DNA of 64,000 bases, from assembly GCA_023131895.1 (NCBI GenBank), contig JAGLYZ010000001.1, forward strand, positions 8,957-72,956, written 5' to 3'. This document shows, one piece after another, positions 48,409-58,528 of this stretch. How positions within the stretch are numbered: the stretch's first letter is position 1; the number at the start of each line of letters is the position of its first letter. The DNA comes from Candidatus Parcubacteria bacterium (GTDB lineage Bacteria > Patescibacteriota > Minisyncoccia > Minisyncoccales > JAGMDC01). The notes beneath the pieces were generated by a model, which saw only the letters and a program-made list of their open reading frames with translations, searched no databases and was not told the origin of the DNA. The translations under genes and the position numbers were made by a program.

Positions 48409-49500
48409 ATGTCAAAGATAAAATTAGCTTTAATTGGATCATATCCTCCACCCTATGGGGGGATTGCTATTCACATCCAAAGATTAAAAAGACAACTAGA
48501 AGAGAAAGAATATGAGTGTATAGTTTATGATCTGAAAGGACAAAATGAGTTGATAAAGGAAAATATCATATGTATCAAAAATGTAAAGAGATGGCTACTA
48601 AGATATTTCTTTTTCGCGAGAGAGAACATAATTCACTATCATAATTCGGATTGGAAGATGCGAGTAGTAATAGGATTAATGGGACTATTAGGGAAAAAAA
48701 CAATTATTTCAATTCAGGGAGCGAGTTTGGAGGATTCTTTAAAGTTGGCAAGCTGGTTTAAAAAGAAAATTATTATATTAGCGCTCAAACACACATCCTT
48801 TGTTATTGCCGCTAATAAAGAGACAGAGAATCTACTTTTATCGTCAAATATTCATTCTCAAAAGATAACAGTAATTCCAGCTTTTATTCCCCCAGTGATT
48901 AAAAAAGAAGATTATCAAGAAATTCCTAACCAGATGTGGAATTTCATAAAAGTTCACTATCCGATAATCTCTGCAAATGCTTTTAAGATAAACTTTTATC
49001 ATAACCAAGATCTGTATGGGATTGATATGTGTATAGATTTATGCTCCCACTTAAAAAATACTTATCCTCAAATTGGTTTTATTTTTTGTCTTCCAAATAT
49101 TGGAGATTATAATTATTTTCATAAAATGAAGCATAGAATTATAGAGATGGGGATAGAGAATAATTTTTTATTTCAAACCAAACCTTATCAAATGTACCCG
49201 ATTATTATAAAGAGTGATTTGTTTGTAAGACCAACAAATAGCGACGGAGATGCAGTTTCACTTCGTGAAGCATTATATTTTAAGATACCCTCTATAGCTA
49301 GTAATATTGTTCTTCGACCCGAAGGCACTATTTTATTTAAAAATCGAGATATGAATGATTTCACTTTAAAAGTGAAAGATGCGTTAGATAATTACGAAAA
49401 ATATAAAGAAAGATTGAAGACAGTGAAAATTGAGGATAATTCTGAAAAAATACTGAAAATTTATAGAAAAGTGATTAATCCTAAAAATAATGAATATTGA
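48409..49500 (+). CDS. Glycosyltransferase (GT-B, GT4-like)
   Basis: N-terminal IGSYPPPYGGIAIH and a C-terminal DGDAVSLREALYFKIPSIASN E-x7-E-like region. Confidence 0.65.
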   Translation: MSKIKLALIGSYPPPYGGIAIHIQRLKRQLEEKEYECIVYDLKGQNELIKENIICIKNVKRWLLRYFFFARENIIHYHNSDWKMRVVIGLMGLLGKKTIISIQGASLEDSLKLASWFKKKIIILALKHTSFVIAANKETENLLLSSNIHSQKITVIPAFIPPVIKKEDYQEIPNQMWNFIKVHYPIISANAFKINFYHNQDLYGIDMCIDLCSHLKNTYPQIGFIFCLPNIGDYNYFHKMKHRIIEMGIENNFLFQTKPYQMYPIIIKSDLFVRPTNSDGDAVSLREALYFKIPSIASNIVLRPEGTILFKNRDMNDFTLKVKDALDNYEKYKERLKTVKIEDNSEKILKIYRKVINPKNNEY

Positions 49501-50362
49501 TAAGGTTAAAAATATAAAATGTAGATTATGTGATTCAGAAAAAACACAGTTTTTGTTTTCAAAGCAAACATTTTTAAACTATGATGATAAGATATGGAAT
49601 ATTTATGAATGTCTTGATTGTGGACTTAAATTTATTCAATATGATCAATATCCTAATTTTGATTACGAAAAATTTTACAATTTTAGATATAAAAATAGAG
49701 CCATTAATGATGATTATATTTATAAAGGAAGTAAATACTGGAAAAGTGAGGTTCAAATATTAAAGCATTTATTACCAAAAAAGAACATTCGAATTTTAGA
49801 TGTTGGATGTAATACAGGAAATTTTTTATATTATGCTCCTAAATCTTGGGAGAAGTGTGGGGTAGAATTATCTGATCTCGCAGCTATTGGTCGAAAACAC
49901 GGTCTTAATATTCTACAGCAAAACATAGAAGATATAGAGATAAAAGAAAATTTTTTTGATATTATTACAATGTATGCTTTAATCGAACACTTGATAGATA
50001 TTCATAAAGTGTTTAATAAAATTCAATCTGTTCTCAAACCTGAAAGCGTATTAGCCGTTATGACTTCTGATTCTAATAGTTTAAAAGCAAAGATAAAAAG
50101 AGAGGGTTGGCATATGTATTCTCCTCCCGAGCATCAATTTTTCTTTACTGCTAATTCGTTGGATAAATTTTTAGCCAAATATGGTTTTCAATTAATTTAT
50201 AGATATTATACCGGAGGCGGTATGGTTGATTATTTTAAGAATAAATATCTTACAAGAGTAATGAGCATAATTCAAAACAAAATTTTAGACAAAAGTTTTG
50301 TTAAAAAATTTCCTATATTTGATCATATGTATAGCTATTATAAATTAGAAAAGACATTATGA
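49490..50362 (+). CDS. Class I SAM-dependent methyltransferase with N-terminal zinc ribbon
   Basis: CRLCDS...CLDCGLKF, then motif I ILDVGCNTGNFL. Confidence 0.75.
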   Translation: MNIDKVKNIKCRLCDSEKTQFLFSKQTFLNYDDKIWNIYECLDCGLKFIQYDQYPNFDYEKFYNFRYKNRAINDDYIYKGSKYWKSEVQILKHLLPKKNIRILDVGCNTGNFLYYAPKSWEKCGVELSDLAAIGRKHGLNILQQNIEDIEIKENFFDIITMYALIEHLIDIHKVFNKIQSVLKPESVLAVMTSDSNSLKAKIKREGWHMYSPPEHQFFFTANSLDKFLAKYGFQLIYRYYTGGGMVDYFKNKYLTRVMSIIQNKILDKSFVKKFPIFDHMYSYYKLEKTL

Positions 50363-50383
50363 AAAAGAACATTCAATAATATT

Positions 50384-51859
50384 ATGATACGAGCACTTGT
50401 GAAAGATACGATTAAATATATTCCTTCGCAGATCATTCCCGCCGCAGTAGGGCTTATTAGTATCCCAATTATTACTCGTCTTTTTTCGCCAGCAGATTAC
50501 GGAAATTATATTTTAGTTTTAAGTATCATTACAGTGCTAACGGTTATTGTTGGCTGGTTGGGTTCGGGAATCGTTAGATTTTATCCTGCCTATGAACGCG
50601 ATAAAAAATTAAACACATTTTATAGTACAATACTAAAATGGCTTTTTGTTTCTATTTTTATTATAAGTGTTTTCTTTTTGGCAATAATTTTAATCGGTAG
50701 AAATTATATTTCTCAGAACTTTTATAATCTAATGCTGATTGGTTTGGGAGTTTTTATTTTTTTAAGCATTTTTCAAACCCTGCTTGCTTTTCTTCGGATA
50801 AAACGCCTAGTAGGTTGGTATAGCAATTTTGTAGTTTGGAAAAGCATTACTGCTATTGGCTTTGGATTAATTCTGGTAATAATTTTTAAACTTGGAGTTG
50901 AGGGCTTACTTTTAGGAGTAATTTTAAGTATAGTTTTAGTTATTCCTTGGCTTTGGAAAAAAGTAGTAGATAAAATTCACTTAAAAGAAAAAATCTCAAA
51001 ACCTCTTACCTTAAAAATGGTAAAGTTTAGTCTTCCTTTAATTATTGGAAACTTATCTTATTGGATATTAACTTTATCTGATAGGTATATACTCGAATTT
51101 TTTCGAGGGGCCCAGGAAGTAGGAATCTATTCAGCAAGTTATGCAATCGGAGAAAACAGTATCTTACTTCTCGTTTCTTTTTTTCTATTAGCTTCGAGTC
51201 CGATAGGGGTAACTATTTGGGAAAAAAAGGGAAAAAAGGAAAGCCAAGAATTTGTAAGCAAACTCACAAGATACTTTTTAATAGTTTGCTTACCAGCAAC
51301 AATAGGATTAAGTGTTCTGTCAAAGCCTATAATTGATATCTTTACCGGACAAGAATATTTTGAGGGTTATCGAATTTTTCCCTTTATTGCCTTAAGTATT
51401 TTTTTTCTAGGACTTTCTCAAAAATTTGGTCACGGATTAGGTTTCTACAGAAAAACAAAATATATTATGTGGTCTTTGATAATCGCTGGTTTAATTAATT
51501 TAGAACTTAATTTTATCTTTATACCAAAATACGGCTATATAGCAGCAGCAATTACTACTCTTATTGGATATGCGGTAATGCTAATATTAGAAATCTATTT
51601 TTCAAGAAAGTTTTTCATTTGGAAGTTTCCCTTGAAAACGTTAATAAAATGCATCTTTGCCTCAATAATTATGGGAGGAGGAATATATTTTTTAGTAAAT
51701 AATTTACATTTCTCTGCTTTGGTAAGTTTAATTTTAGGAATTTTAGTTGGTGTAGTAATTTATTCTATTTTAATTTTTTTGTTAAAGGAGATTTTACCTG
51801 AAGAAAAAGCACTATTAAGACAAATTATCCAAAAGTATGTTTTTAAAAGAAATAATTAG
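50384..51859 (+). CDS. wzx: Wzx-type oligosaccharide flippase (MOP superfamily)
   Basis: 491 aa with about 14 TM. The N-terminal IKYIPSQIIPAAVGLISIPIITRLFSPADYGNY is typical of Polysacc_synt flippases. Confidence 0.8.
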   Translation: MIRALVKDTIKYIPSQIIPAAVGLISIPIITRLFSPADYGNYILVLSIITVLTVIVGWLGSGIVRFYPAYERDKKLNTFYSTILKWLFVSIFIISVFFLAIILIGRNYISQNFYNLMLIGLGVFIFLSIFQTLLAFLRIKRLVGWYSNFVVWKSITAIGFGLILVIIFKLGVEGLLLGVILSIVLVIPWLWKKVVDKIHLKEKISKPLTLKMVKFSLPLIIGNLSYWILTLSDRYILEFFRGAQEVGIYSASYAIGENSILLLVSFFLLASSPIGVTIWEKKGKKESQEFVSKLTRYFLIVCLPATIGLSVLSKPIIDIFTGQEYFEGYRIFPFIALSIFFLGLSQKFGHGLGFYRKTKYIMWSLIIAGLINLELNFIFIPKYGYIAAAITTLIGYAVMLILEIYFSRKFFIWKFPLKTLIKCIFASIIMGGGIYFLVNNLHFSALVSLILGILVGVVIYSILIFLLKEILPEEKALLRQIIQKYVFKRNN

Positions 51860-53585
51860 AGATGCAGATGAAATTTGCAATCACTATTTTGATTTACTTG
51901 GATCTGGAAAGATTAATTTAGGGTCAAAAATTAACTGGCATCAGGACTTTAAATCTAAAAAAATTTGGCCTTATTGGTTACCGTCTTGGCTGATAAGGTA
52001 TGAATTTGGCAAAGGATTTGATATTAAAGTACCGTGGGAACTATCTCGTTTTTATCATCTTCCGATTTTAGCTAAAGCTTATAATTTAACAGGCAATAAG
52101 AAGTATATCCAAGAAATTCAAGAAGAAATTTTAGATTGGATAAAAAAGAATCCCTATGGTTTTGGAGTCAACTGGAAATGTACAATGGAGGTTGCTATTA
52201 GAGCGTGTAATTGGTGTTTGATATGGCAATATATCAAGGATTTAGATGAATTGGATAGAAAATTTATTAAAATATTCCTTAATTCTCTTTATCAACACGG
52301 CAAATTTATTTATTCTCATTTAGAATCTGGTCATAGTAATCATTATTTATCTAATTTGGTTGGTCTTGTTTATTTGGGTATTTTTTTTCCTGATTTCAAG
52401 GAATCAAAAAAATGGCTAAAAAAAGGGATTAAGGGATTAGAGGAAGAAATAAGAACACAAGTAAATGAAGACGGCTGTAATTGGGAAAACTCTATTTCTT
52501 ATCACCGGTTAGTCACTGAATTATTTGGTTATTCGGCCCTTTTTTGTAAATTAAATAATATAGAGCTTTCGGATTATTTTTGGAATAAACTAAGAAAAAT
52601 GTTTGATTTCGCGGCTTATTATATAAAACCAAACGGTCGAATACCCCAACTTGGCGATAACGACAACGGACGACTTCACATTTTTAATGATTATTATAAT
52701 TGGACTGTTAATGACCATCGCTACCTGCTTGATTTGGCTCGCGAAATTTGGAAAGATTATAAATCCCCGGAAGTTAAAAGTAAAAGTTTTTTTCATAGTG
52801 GTTACTATATTATTCGACATAATGATAATTATATGTTTATTACTGCTAATAAAGTTGGAACCGGTGAGCTTGGCAATCATAAACACAATGACATTTTGAG
52901 TTTTGAACTGCAAATAAATGGTCGGGACTTTATTGTTGATCCAGGAACTTATGTTTATACTTCATATCCAGAATGGCGGAATAAATTCCGTTCTACTGTT
53001 TTTCACAATACAGTAGTTGTAGATAATGAAGAACAGAATAGATTTGTTAAAAATAATTTATTTTCTCTTAGAAGTGACGCAAAAATTAAGATTAACAAAT
53101 GGGAGATTCACAAAGATTTTGATATCTTAGATGCTGAACATAATGGGTATGCAAGATTAAGAGACCCAGTAATACATCGAAGGCAAATAATTTTTAATAA
53201 AAAAGATAATTACTGGATAATCAAAGATATTTTAACGGGAAGGGGCAGACATTCTTTTGATTTATATTTTCATTTTTCCCAAATAGCATTAGAGAGAGAT
53301 TCTGAAAATTCATTGTTTATTAGAACTAAAAATGTTTCTGGATTAAATTTAGCAGTTTTTCCCCTGAAAACTAAAGATCTAAATTTATCTATTAGAAAAA
53401 GTTGGATTTCTCCAAGCTATGGAATAAAAATCCCAGCACCAGTAGTTAAATATTCTAAAATTACAGAAACCCCTACAGAATTTGTGACCCTTTTTCTTCC
53501 TTTTAAAAATTTTATGCCAGATATAGACAGCATCAAAAAAACGGTAAAAGATTTTTTAGAAAATAACGAGAAACTAAAAATATGA
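51837..53585 (+). CDS. Heparinase II/III-like family protein
   Basis: GNHKHNDILSFELQINGRDFIVDPGTYVYT...FRSTVFHNTVVVDNEEQ matches the Hepar_II_III C-terminal signature. The N-terminal region is alpha/alpha-toroid-like. Confidence 0.75.
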   Translation: MFLKEIIRDADEICNHYFDLLGSGKINLGSKINWHQDFKSKKIWPYWLPSWLIRYEFGKGFDIKVPWELSRFYHLPILAKAYNLTGNKKYIQEIQEEILDWIKKNPYGFGVNWKCTMEVAIRACNWCLIWQYIKDLDELDRKFIKIFLNSLYQHGKFIYSHLESGHSNHYLSNLVGLVYLGIFFPDFKESKKWLKKGIKGLEEEIRTQVNEDGCNWENSISYHRLVTELFGYSALFCKLNNIELSDYFWNKLRKMFDFAAYYIKPNGRIPQLGDNDNGRLHIFNDYYNWTVNDHRYLLDLAREIWKDYKSPEVKSKSFFHSGYYIIRHNDNYMFITANKVGTGELGNHKHNDILSFELQINGRDFIVDPGTYVYTSYPEWRNKFRSTVFHNTVVVDNEEQNRFVKNNLFSLRSDAKIKINKWEIHKDFDILDAEHNGYARLRDPVIHRRQIIFNKKDNYWIIKDILTGRGRHSFDLYFHFSQIALERDSENSLFIRTKNVSGLNLAVFPLKTKDLNLSIRKSWISPSYGIKIPAPVVKYSKITETPTEFVTLFLPFKNFMPDIDSIKKTVKDFLENNEKLKI

Positions 53586-53613
53586 AGAAAGAAAATAAAT
53601 AAAATAATTTTTT

Positions 53614-55092
53614 ATGACACTATTATCTTCATTATCAAAAAAAAATATTTCGTTAGCTTTTTTTGTTTTTATTGTTGCTATAATAATAAGTATAGTATCA
53701 GTTTATTTTATAGAATATATTCAATGGTTGTTTGCCGCGTTAATTTTTATTGCATTAGTTCTTTTTGCTTTTCGTTTTCCTTTTTACTCTTTTTTGCTTT
53801 TTATAATTACTCTTCCTTTTGAGGCTGCTTTTGTAATTGAAGCAGATTTTACTATCCGAATAAGTTATATTTTATTAATAATAACTATATTGGGTTTATT
53901 CTTTTCAGGAAGAAAACTGCATTTTAAATCAAACTTGAATATCCCCATCTTCATTTTTTTAGCTGTTTCCACTCTTTCTTTACTGATGACTGTTTTTTCT
54001 TCTCCACCCTTAGTAGAGCTTGGAAAGGAAGCAGGTTATAGGGGAACTCAATTGAGATCTATTATACAGTTACTTTTTTTATTTTTCTTTGTTTCGGCTT
54101 ATTTTCTAACTCTTCATTTTTGTTCTGACAAGAAAAGATTAAAAAAGGTCTTAAAGGCCTATATTGGAATAGCTTTAGTCGTTTCAATATATGGAGTCTA
54201 TCAGTTTTTTGCTGTTAAGTTTGGTTTGCCCTTTGTAGATATAACTAGTGCTATTTCAACTGGTGGACATAGCTATGGAGTGAGTTATTATACTGACCCT
54301 TCTCTTTTTAGGGCTCATGCTACTTTTCAAGAGCCCCTTAATTTCGGCCATTATTTGCTTTCAGTTATTCCTTTTTTGCTGACAATGTATATTTTTAAAA
54401 ATAAAAGCAAGACTACTCAAAAAGTTTTTTTAAACGTTAAATGGTTTCCTATTTTAATTTTTATTATGCTGTTTGCTTTGTTTCTTACAAAATCTAGAGG
54501 AGCTTGGATAGGTTTTTTGGCTAGTATGTTTTTTTTATTGATAATGATAAAAACAAAATATAAGTTGAAATTGGTTGCTATCTTTTTTTTAATTGCGTTG
54601 ATTATCGGTCTTTTTTTCTTTTTTTATTCTCCAGGAGTTTATCAAACTATCTCTGAAGAATTTACTCACAGATTTTCAGCAGGGCCAAGATTGACTTATT
54701 ATTCTTTTATATTTGATCTTTGGAAAGAGTATCCTATTTTAGGGGTGGGTATTGGCAATTATGGATGGTATGGAGCTTCTTATTTTTCTTCTTCTGCCTT
54801 AGTAAGCGCTCATGGAGTATTTCAAAATACTTTAGTTGAGACTGGTATTTTAGGTTTTTTGTCTCTTATTTTTTTAGTATCTGTCTATTATCGAATAATA
54901 ATGCGCACTTTAGGAAAAGTTAAGGACAGTTTTTGGTATCCATATTGTCTTGGATTTTTAGCCAGTTTTATCGCCATGACAGTTCAATATTTTACATTTG
55001 GAGACCATTTTAATTTATACTTTTGGGTTTTTTTAGGAATGTCTATGGCTGCCATTAAAATAATTAAAAAAAAGAAAATTTTAGCAAAATGA
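53614..55092 (+). CDS. O-antigen polymerase/ligase (Wzy-like) membrane protein
   Basis: About 12 TM with the LTKSRGAWIGFLASMFF loop motif (Wzy_C). Confidence 0.75.
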   Translation: MTLLSSLSKKNISLAFFVFIVAIIISIVSVYFIEYIQWLFAALIFIALVLFAFRFPFYSFLLFIITLPFEAAFVIEADFTIRISYILLIITILGLFFSGRKLHFKSNLNIPIFIFLAVSTLSLLMTVFSSPPLVELGKEAGYRGTQLRSIIQLLFLFFFVSAYFLTLHFCSDKKRLKKVLKAYIGIALVVSIYGVYQFFAVKFGLPFVDITSAISTGGHSYGVSYYTDPSLFRAHATFQEPLNFGHYLLSVIPFLLTMYIFKNKSKTTQKVFLNVKWFPILIFIMLFALFLTKSRGAWIGFLASMFFLLIMIKTKYKLKLVAIFFLIALIIGLFFFFYSPGVYQTISEEFTHRFSAGPRLTYYSFIFDLWKEYPILGVGIGNYGWYGASYFSSSALVSAHGVFQNTLVETGILGFLSLIFLVSVYYRIIMRTLGKVKDSFWYPYCLGFLASFIAMTVQYFTFGDHFNLYFWVFLGMSMAAIKIIKKKKILAK

Positions 55093-56255
55093 TTAAAAAT
55101 CAAAATATTATTTGTATTTCAACACAGGATTGGAATGATCTTTGGACAAGAAAGCAAAGATTTATGCAGAGATTTTCCAGACAGGGAAATAGAGTTTTAT
55201 ATATTGAAGCTCAAACAAGTATTTTAAGTTTTAATATTATTAAATCAAACTGGAAAAGAATTTTCCAATGGTTAAAGGGTCCGAGAAAAATTGAAGAAAA
55301 TTTACATGTAGCTACTTTACCATTGGTTTTACCATTTTTCCAAACTTATTTTTTTATAAACAAGATAAATAATTGGTTTCTTTTGAAACTATTAAAGTAC
55401 TGGGCGAAAAAGCTTAACCTTCAACACCTTATTTTCTGGACATATACACCATATTCTGATTATTTTGTTGGAAAATTCAAAGAAAAGTTAGCTATTTATG
55501 ATTGTGTAGATGAATTTTCAGCAAGTAAGGGTTTAGTTAAACAAAAAACAATAACACTATTAGAAGAAAAATTAATTAGAAAAGTAGGACTTATCATTGT
55601 CACTCATGAAAAAATATTTCAAGCTAAAAAAGAATTTAATAAAAATATTTATCTTATTCCTAATGGCGTTGAAGTAGAACACTTTAAAAAAGCATTTTTA
55701 CCCAAAACGTCTATTGCTGAAGAAATAAAAAAAATTCCTAAACCAATTATTGGTTTCATAGGCACTATTCAGTATTGGATTGACTTAGATTTAATAAAAT
55801 TTATAGCTGTAACAAAACCAAACTGGTCTATTGTTTTAATTGGACCGATTGCCCGGCTTGCTGAGATAGAAAAGATTAAAAATTTAAAAAACGTTTATCT
55901 TCTTGGTCGAAAAAAATATCAGTTATTGCCTTTCTATATTAAGGCATTTGATGTTTGTATAAATCCATATAAAAGAGACAAAGTGGCTGAACATTGCAGT
56001 CCGCTTAAACTTTATGAATATTTGGCTGCGGGAAAACCTATTGTTTCTGTAAATATGCCCGAAGCAAGAAAGTTTGAAGAATTTATTGAGATTGGATTAG
56101 ATTACAAAGATTTTTTGAGAAAAATCCAAAAAATTCTTGACCATTTTCCAGAAGATTCAACTAAAATAGAAGCCAGATTAAAAGAAGCTGAAAAGCATTC
56201 TTGGAATTTACGTTTTTTTAAATTGGAGAAAATATTGGAACTTTATTTAAAATAA
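55089..56255 (+). CDS. Glycosyltransferase (GT4, TuaH-like)
   Basis: The N-terminus IICISTQDWNDLWTRKQRFMQRFSRQGNRVLYIE is typical of TuaH-type GT-B enzymes. 4-nt overlap with the previous gene. Confidence 0.65.
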   Translation: MIKNQNIICISTQDWNDLWTRKQRFMQRFSRQGNRVLYIEAQTSILSFNIIKSNWKRIFQWLKGPRKIEENLHVATLPLVLPFFQTYFFINKINNWFLLKLLKYWAKKLNLQHLIFWTYTPYSDYFVGKFKEKLAIYDCVDEFSASKGLVKQKTITLLEEKLIRKVGLIIVTHEKIFQAKKEFNKNIYLIPNGVEVEHFKKAFLPKTSIAEEIKKIPKPIIGFIGTIQYWIDLDLIKFIAVTKPNWSIVLIGPIARLAEIEKIKNLKNVYLLGRKKYQLLPFYIKAFDVCINPYKRDKVAEHCSPLKLYEYLAAGKPIVSVNMPEARKFEEFIEIGLDYKDFLRKIQKILDHFPEDSTKIEARLKEAEKHSWNLRFFKLEKILELYLK

Positions 56256-56285
56256 GAACCTGCTCACTATGTTCACAGAACCTTG

Positions 56286-56322
56286 TTTCGCTACTTCATC
56301 CCTGGGGCATTTTGTAGCGAAA
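56286..56322. repeat. 9-bp inverted repeat (tttcgctac / gtagcgaaa) with a 19-nt G+C-rich loop between two GT genes
   Basis: Read at 56286-56294 and 56314-56322. No T-run follows. Confidence 0.7.
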
Positions 56323-56334
56323 TAAACAAATATT

Positions 56335-57462
56335 ATGAAAATTGCTATTATTAATATAACTGGCGGTGGGATGAGCGGAGGATATAAAAAATATCTACAA
56401 AATATTATTCCTCGAATGGCCAAGAACCCTAAAATAGAAAGTATACTTTGTGCTTTTCCAAAATCCATAAATATTCAAGATTGGCTTGGTTCGTTTCTAA
56501 ACGTTAAATTTGTGAATTGCTTGCCATTTCAGTTTTTTTTTAATAAACATGATTCAGTATTAATTGATAACTTAGAAGAATTTTCTCCTGATGTCATATT
56601 TATTCCCTTAGAGCGCTTTTTAAAATTTAAAAATGTGCCAATTGTGAATATGATTCAAAATATGGAGCCCTTTGTTAATATTGGCGATAATCCCTTGATT
56701 GAACAGTTTCGAATATGGGTTCGTAAAACAGAAGGTAAGAAATCATTTAAAAAATCAAAAAGAATTATAGTTCCTTCTAAATACGCCCGCGATTTTCTTA
56801 TTAAATATTGCGGGATAGAAAGTGACAAAATCAGTTTAGTTTATCACGGAAAAGATTTACCTGAAAAAGATGTTCGCAGGCCGGAAATTATTCCAAAAGA
56901 ATTGAGTAATAAATTTTTATTTACAGCTGGTTCAATTAGACCGACAAGAGGATTAGAGGATTTATTTTATGCTTTTAAAAAACTTTCTGATGATTATTCG
57001 GATACTTCTTTTTTAGTGATTGCTGGAGAAATCAGTCCCGGAATGGAAGGCTACAGGCAAAGATTAAAAAATTGGCTGAGAAAGCATAAGTTATCTTCAA
57101 AAGTTATTTGGGCGGGGGATTTAAATGATAAGGAAATGGCTTGGTGTTATAAAAATTGTCAAATGTTTGTAATGACTAGTCAAGTTGAATCATTTGGAAT
57201 GGTTGCCACAGAGGCAATGTCTTACGGCTGTCTTTGTATTTCCAGTGATAGTTCTTGTTTGCCAGAGATTTTTAATGAAACTGCTCTTTTTTATCCAGGT
57301 AAAAATCCAAAAATTTTAACTGAAAAAATCTTGGAAACTTTAAATTGGTCGGAAGTAAAAAAACAGGAAATGCGTCAAAAAGCATTAAGAAGAGCTTCTT
57401 ACTTTAACTGGGATAAATGTGTTCAACAAACTATATCTGAATTAGAGAAAGCTATTTATTGA
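56335..57462 (+). CDS. Glycosyltransferase family 4 (GT-B)
   Basis: ESFGMVATEAMSYGCLCISSD (E-x7-E motif). Confidence 0.75.
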   Translation: MKIAIINITGGGMSGGYKKYLQNIIPRMAKNPKIESILCAFPKSINIQDWLGSFLNVKFVNCLPFQFFFNKHDSVLIDNLEEFSPDVIFIPLERFLKFKNVPIVNMIQNMEPFVNIGDNPLIEQFRIWVRKTEGKKSFKKSKRIIVPSKYARDFLIKYCGIESDKISLVYHGKDLPEKDVRRPEIIPKELSNKFLFTAGSIRPTRGLEDLFYAFKKLSDDYSDTSFLVIAGEISPGMEGYRQRLKNWLRKHKLSSKVIWAGDLNDKEMAWCYKNCQMFVMTSQVESFGMVATEAMSYGCLCISSDSSCLPEIFNETALFYPGKNPKILTEKILETLNWSEVKKQEMRQKALRRASYFNWDKCVQQTISELEKAIY

Positions 57463-57495
57463 TAAATTAAAAAAAATAATGTAAAATACTAAATT

Positions 57496-58494
57496 ATGAG
57501 ATATAATCCAAATCAAAAAAAGAGAATACTTATTACGGGCGGTTCCGGTTTTATCGGGACCAATTACATTGAATTTTTATTAAAAGATAAAAATTATGAT
57601 TTTATTAATCTAGATGTTGATTTGCCGCGAAATCTTACCCAAAAAGATTTTTGGAGAAAATGTGATTTATTGGATTTGGATAATCTAAAAAAAATAATCA
57701 AAGATTTTTCGCCTAATTATGTTGTCCATTTGGCAGCAAAAACTGGTGTAGATGAAAAAAAATTGAGTGATTTCAAAGCAAATACAGAAGGAGTGGAGAA
57801 TTTATTAGATATCTTTAAAGAAATTCCTTGTCTTGAAAGAGTAATATTTACTTCTTCTTTGCTTGTTTGTGAAATGGGATATGTACCAAAACATGATACA
57901 GATTACAATCCTTCTACGCCTTATGGTTTGAGCAAGGTAAAAATGGAGGAGATTGTTAGAAAACAGAAAAACCTGCCTTATACTTGGACAATTATCAGAC
58001 CTATATCTATTTGGGGTCCATGGTTCGATGAACCATATAAGAACTTTTTTAAAGCTGTTGTGCAGGGATGGTATTTTCATATTGGTTCTGGCCATTACAA
58101 AAGGTCGCTTGGCTATGTAGAAAATATTATTTATCAGATTCATAGATTGCTGTTAGCTCCTTTAAAAAAAGTAGATAAAAAAACTTTCTATTTAGCAGAT
58201 AATAAGCCAGCAGATTTATATGATTTTGCTAATGAAATCGAAAAAGTTTCTGGCGCAAAAAAGATTAGGCATATACCTTTATGGTTTGCCAAGTCATGTG
58301 CAAAGATTGGTGATGTTTTAAAATATTTAGGATGGAAAAGCGTTCCGTTAACAAGCTTCCGCCTTAATAATATTCTTACAGAATATGTGTTTGACATGCA
58401 TCCTATTATGGAAATTTCCGGGTTTCTGCCGTATAATTTTAAGACGGGCGTAAGACGAACTATTCAATGGATGCATCAAGTTGGCGAAATTTAA
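57496..58494 (+). CDS. NAD-dependent epimerase/dehydratase (SDR)
   Basis: ILITGGSGFIGTNY and TPYGLSKV (YxxxK). Confidence 0.75.
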   Translation: MRYNPNQKKRILITGGSGFIGTNYIEFLLKDKNYDFINLDVDLPRNLTQKDFWRKCDLLDLDNLKKIIKDFSPNYVVHLAAKTGVDEKKLSDFKANTEGVENLLDIFKEIPCLERVIFTSSLLVCEMGYVPKHDTDYNPSTPYGLSKVKMEEIVRKQKNLPYTWTIIRPISIWGPWFDEPYKNFFKAVVQGWYFHIGSGHYKRSLGYVENIIYQIHRLLLAPLKKVDKKTFYLADNKPADLYDFANEIEKVSGAKKIRHIPLWFAKSCAKIGDVLKYLGWKSVPLTSFRLNNILTEYVFDMHPIMEISGFLPYNFKTGVRRTIQWMHQVGEI

Positions 58495-58528
58495 CAATAA
58501 TTATTTAATTTTTTTAAAAAGAACTAAA

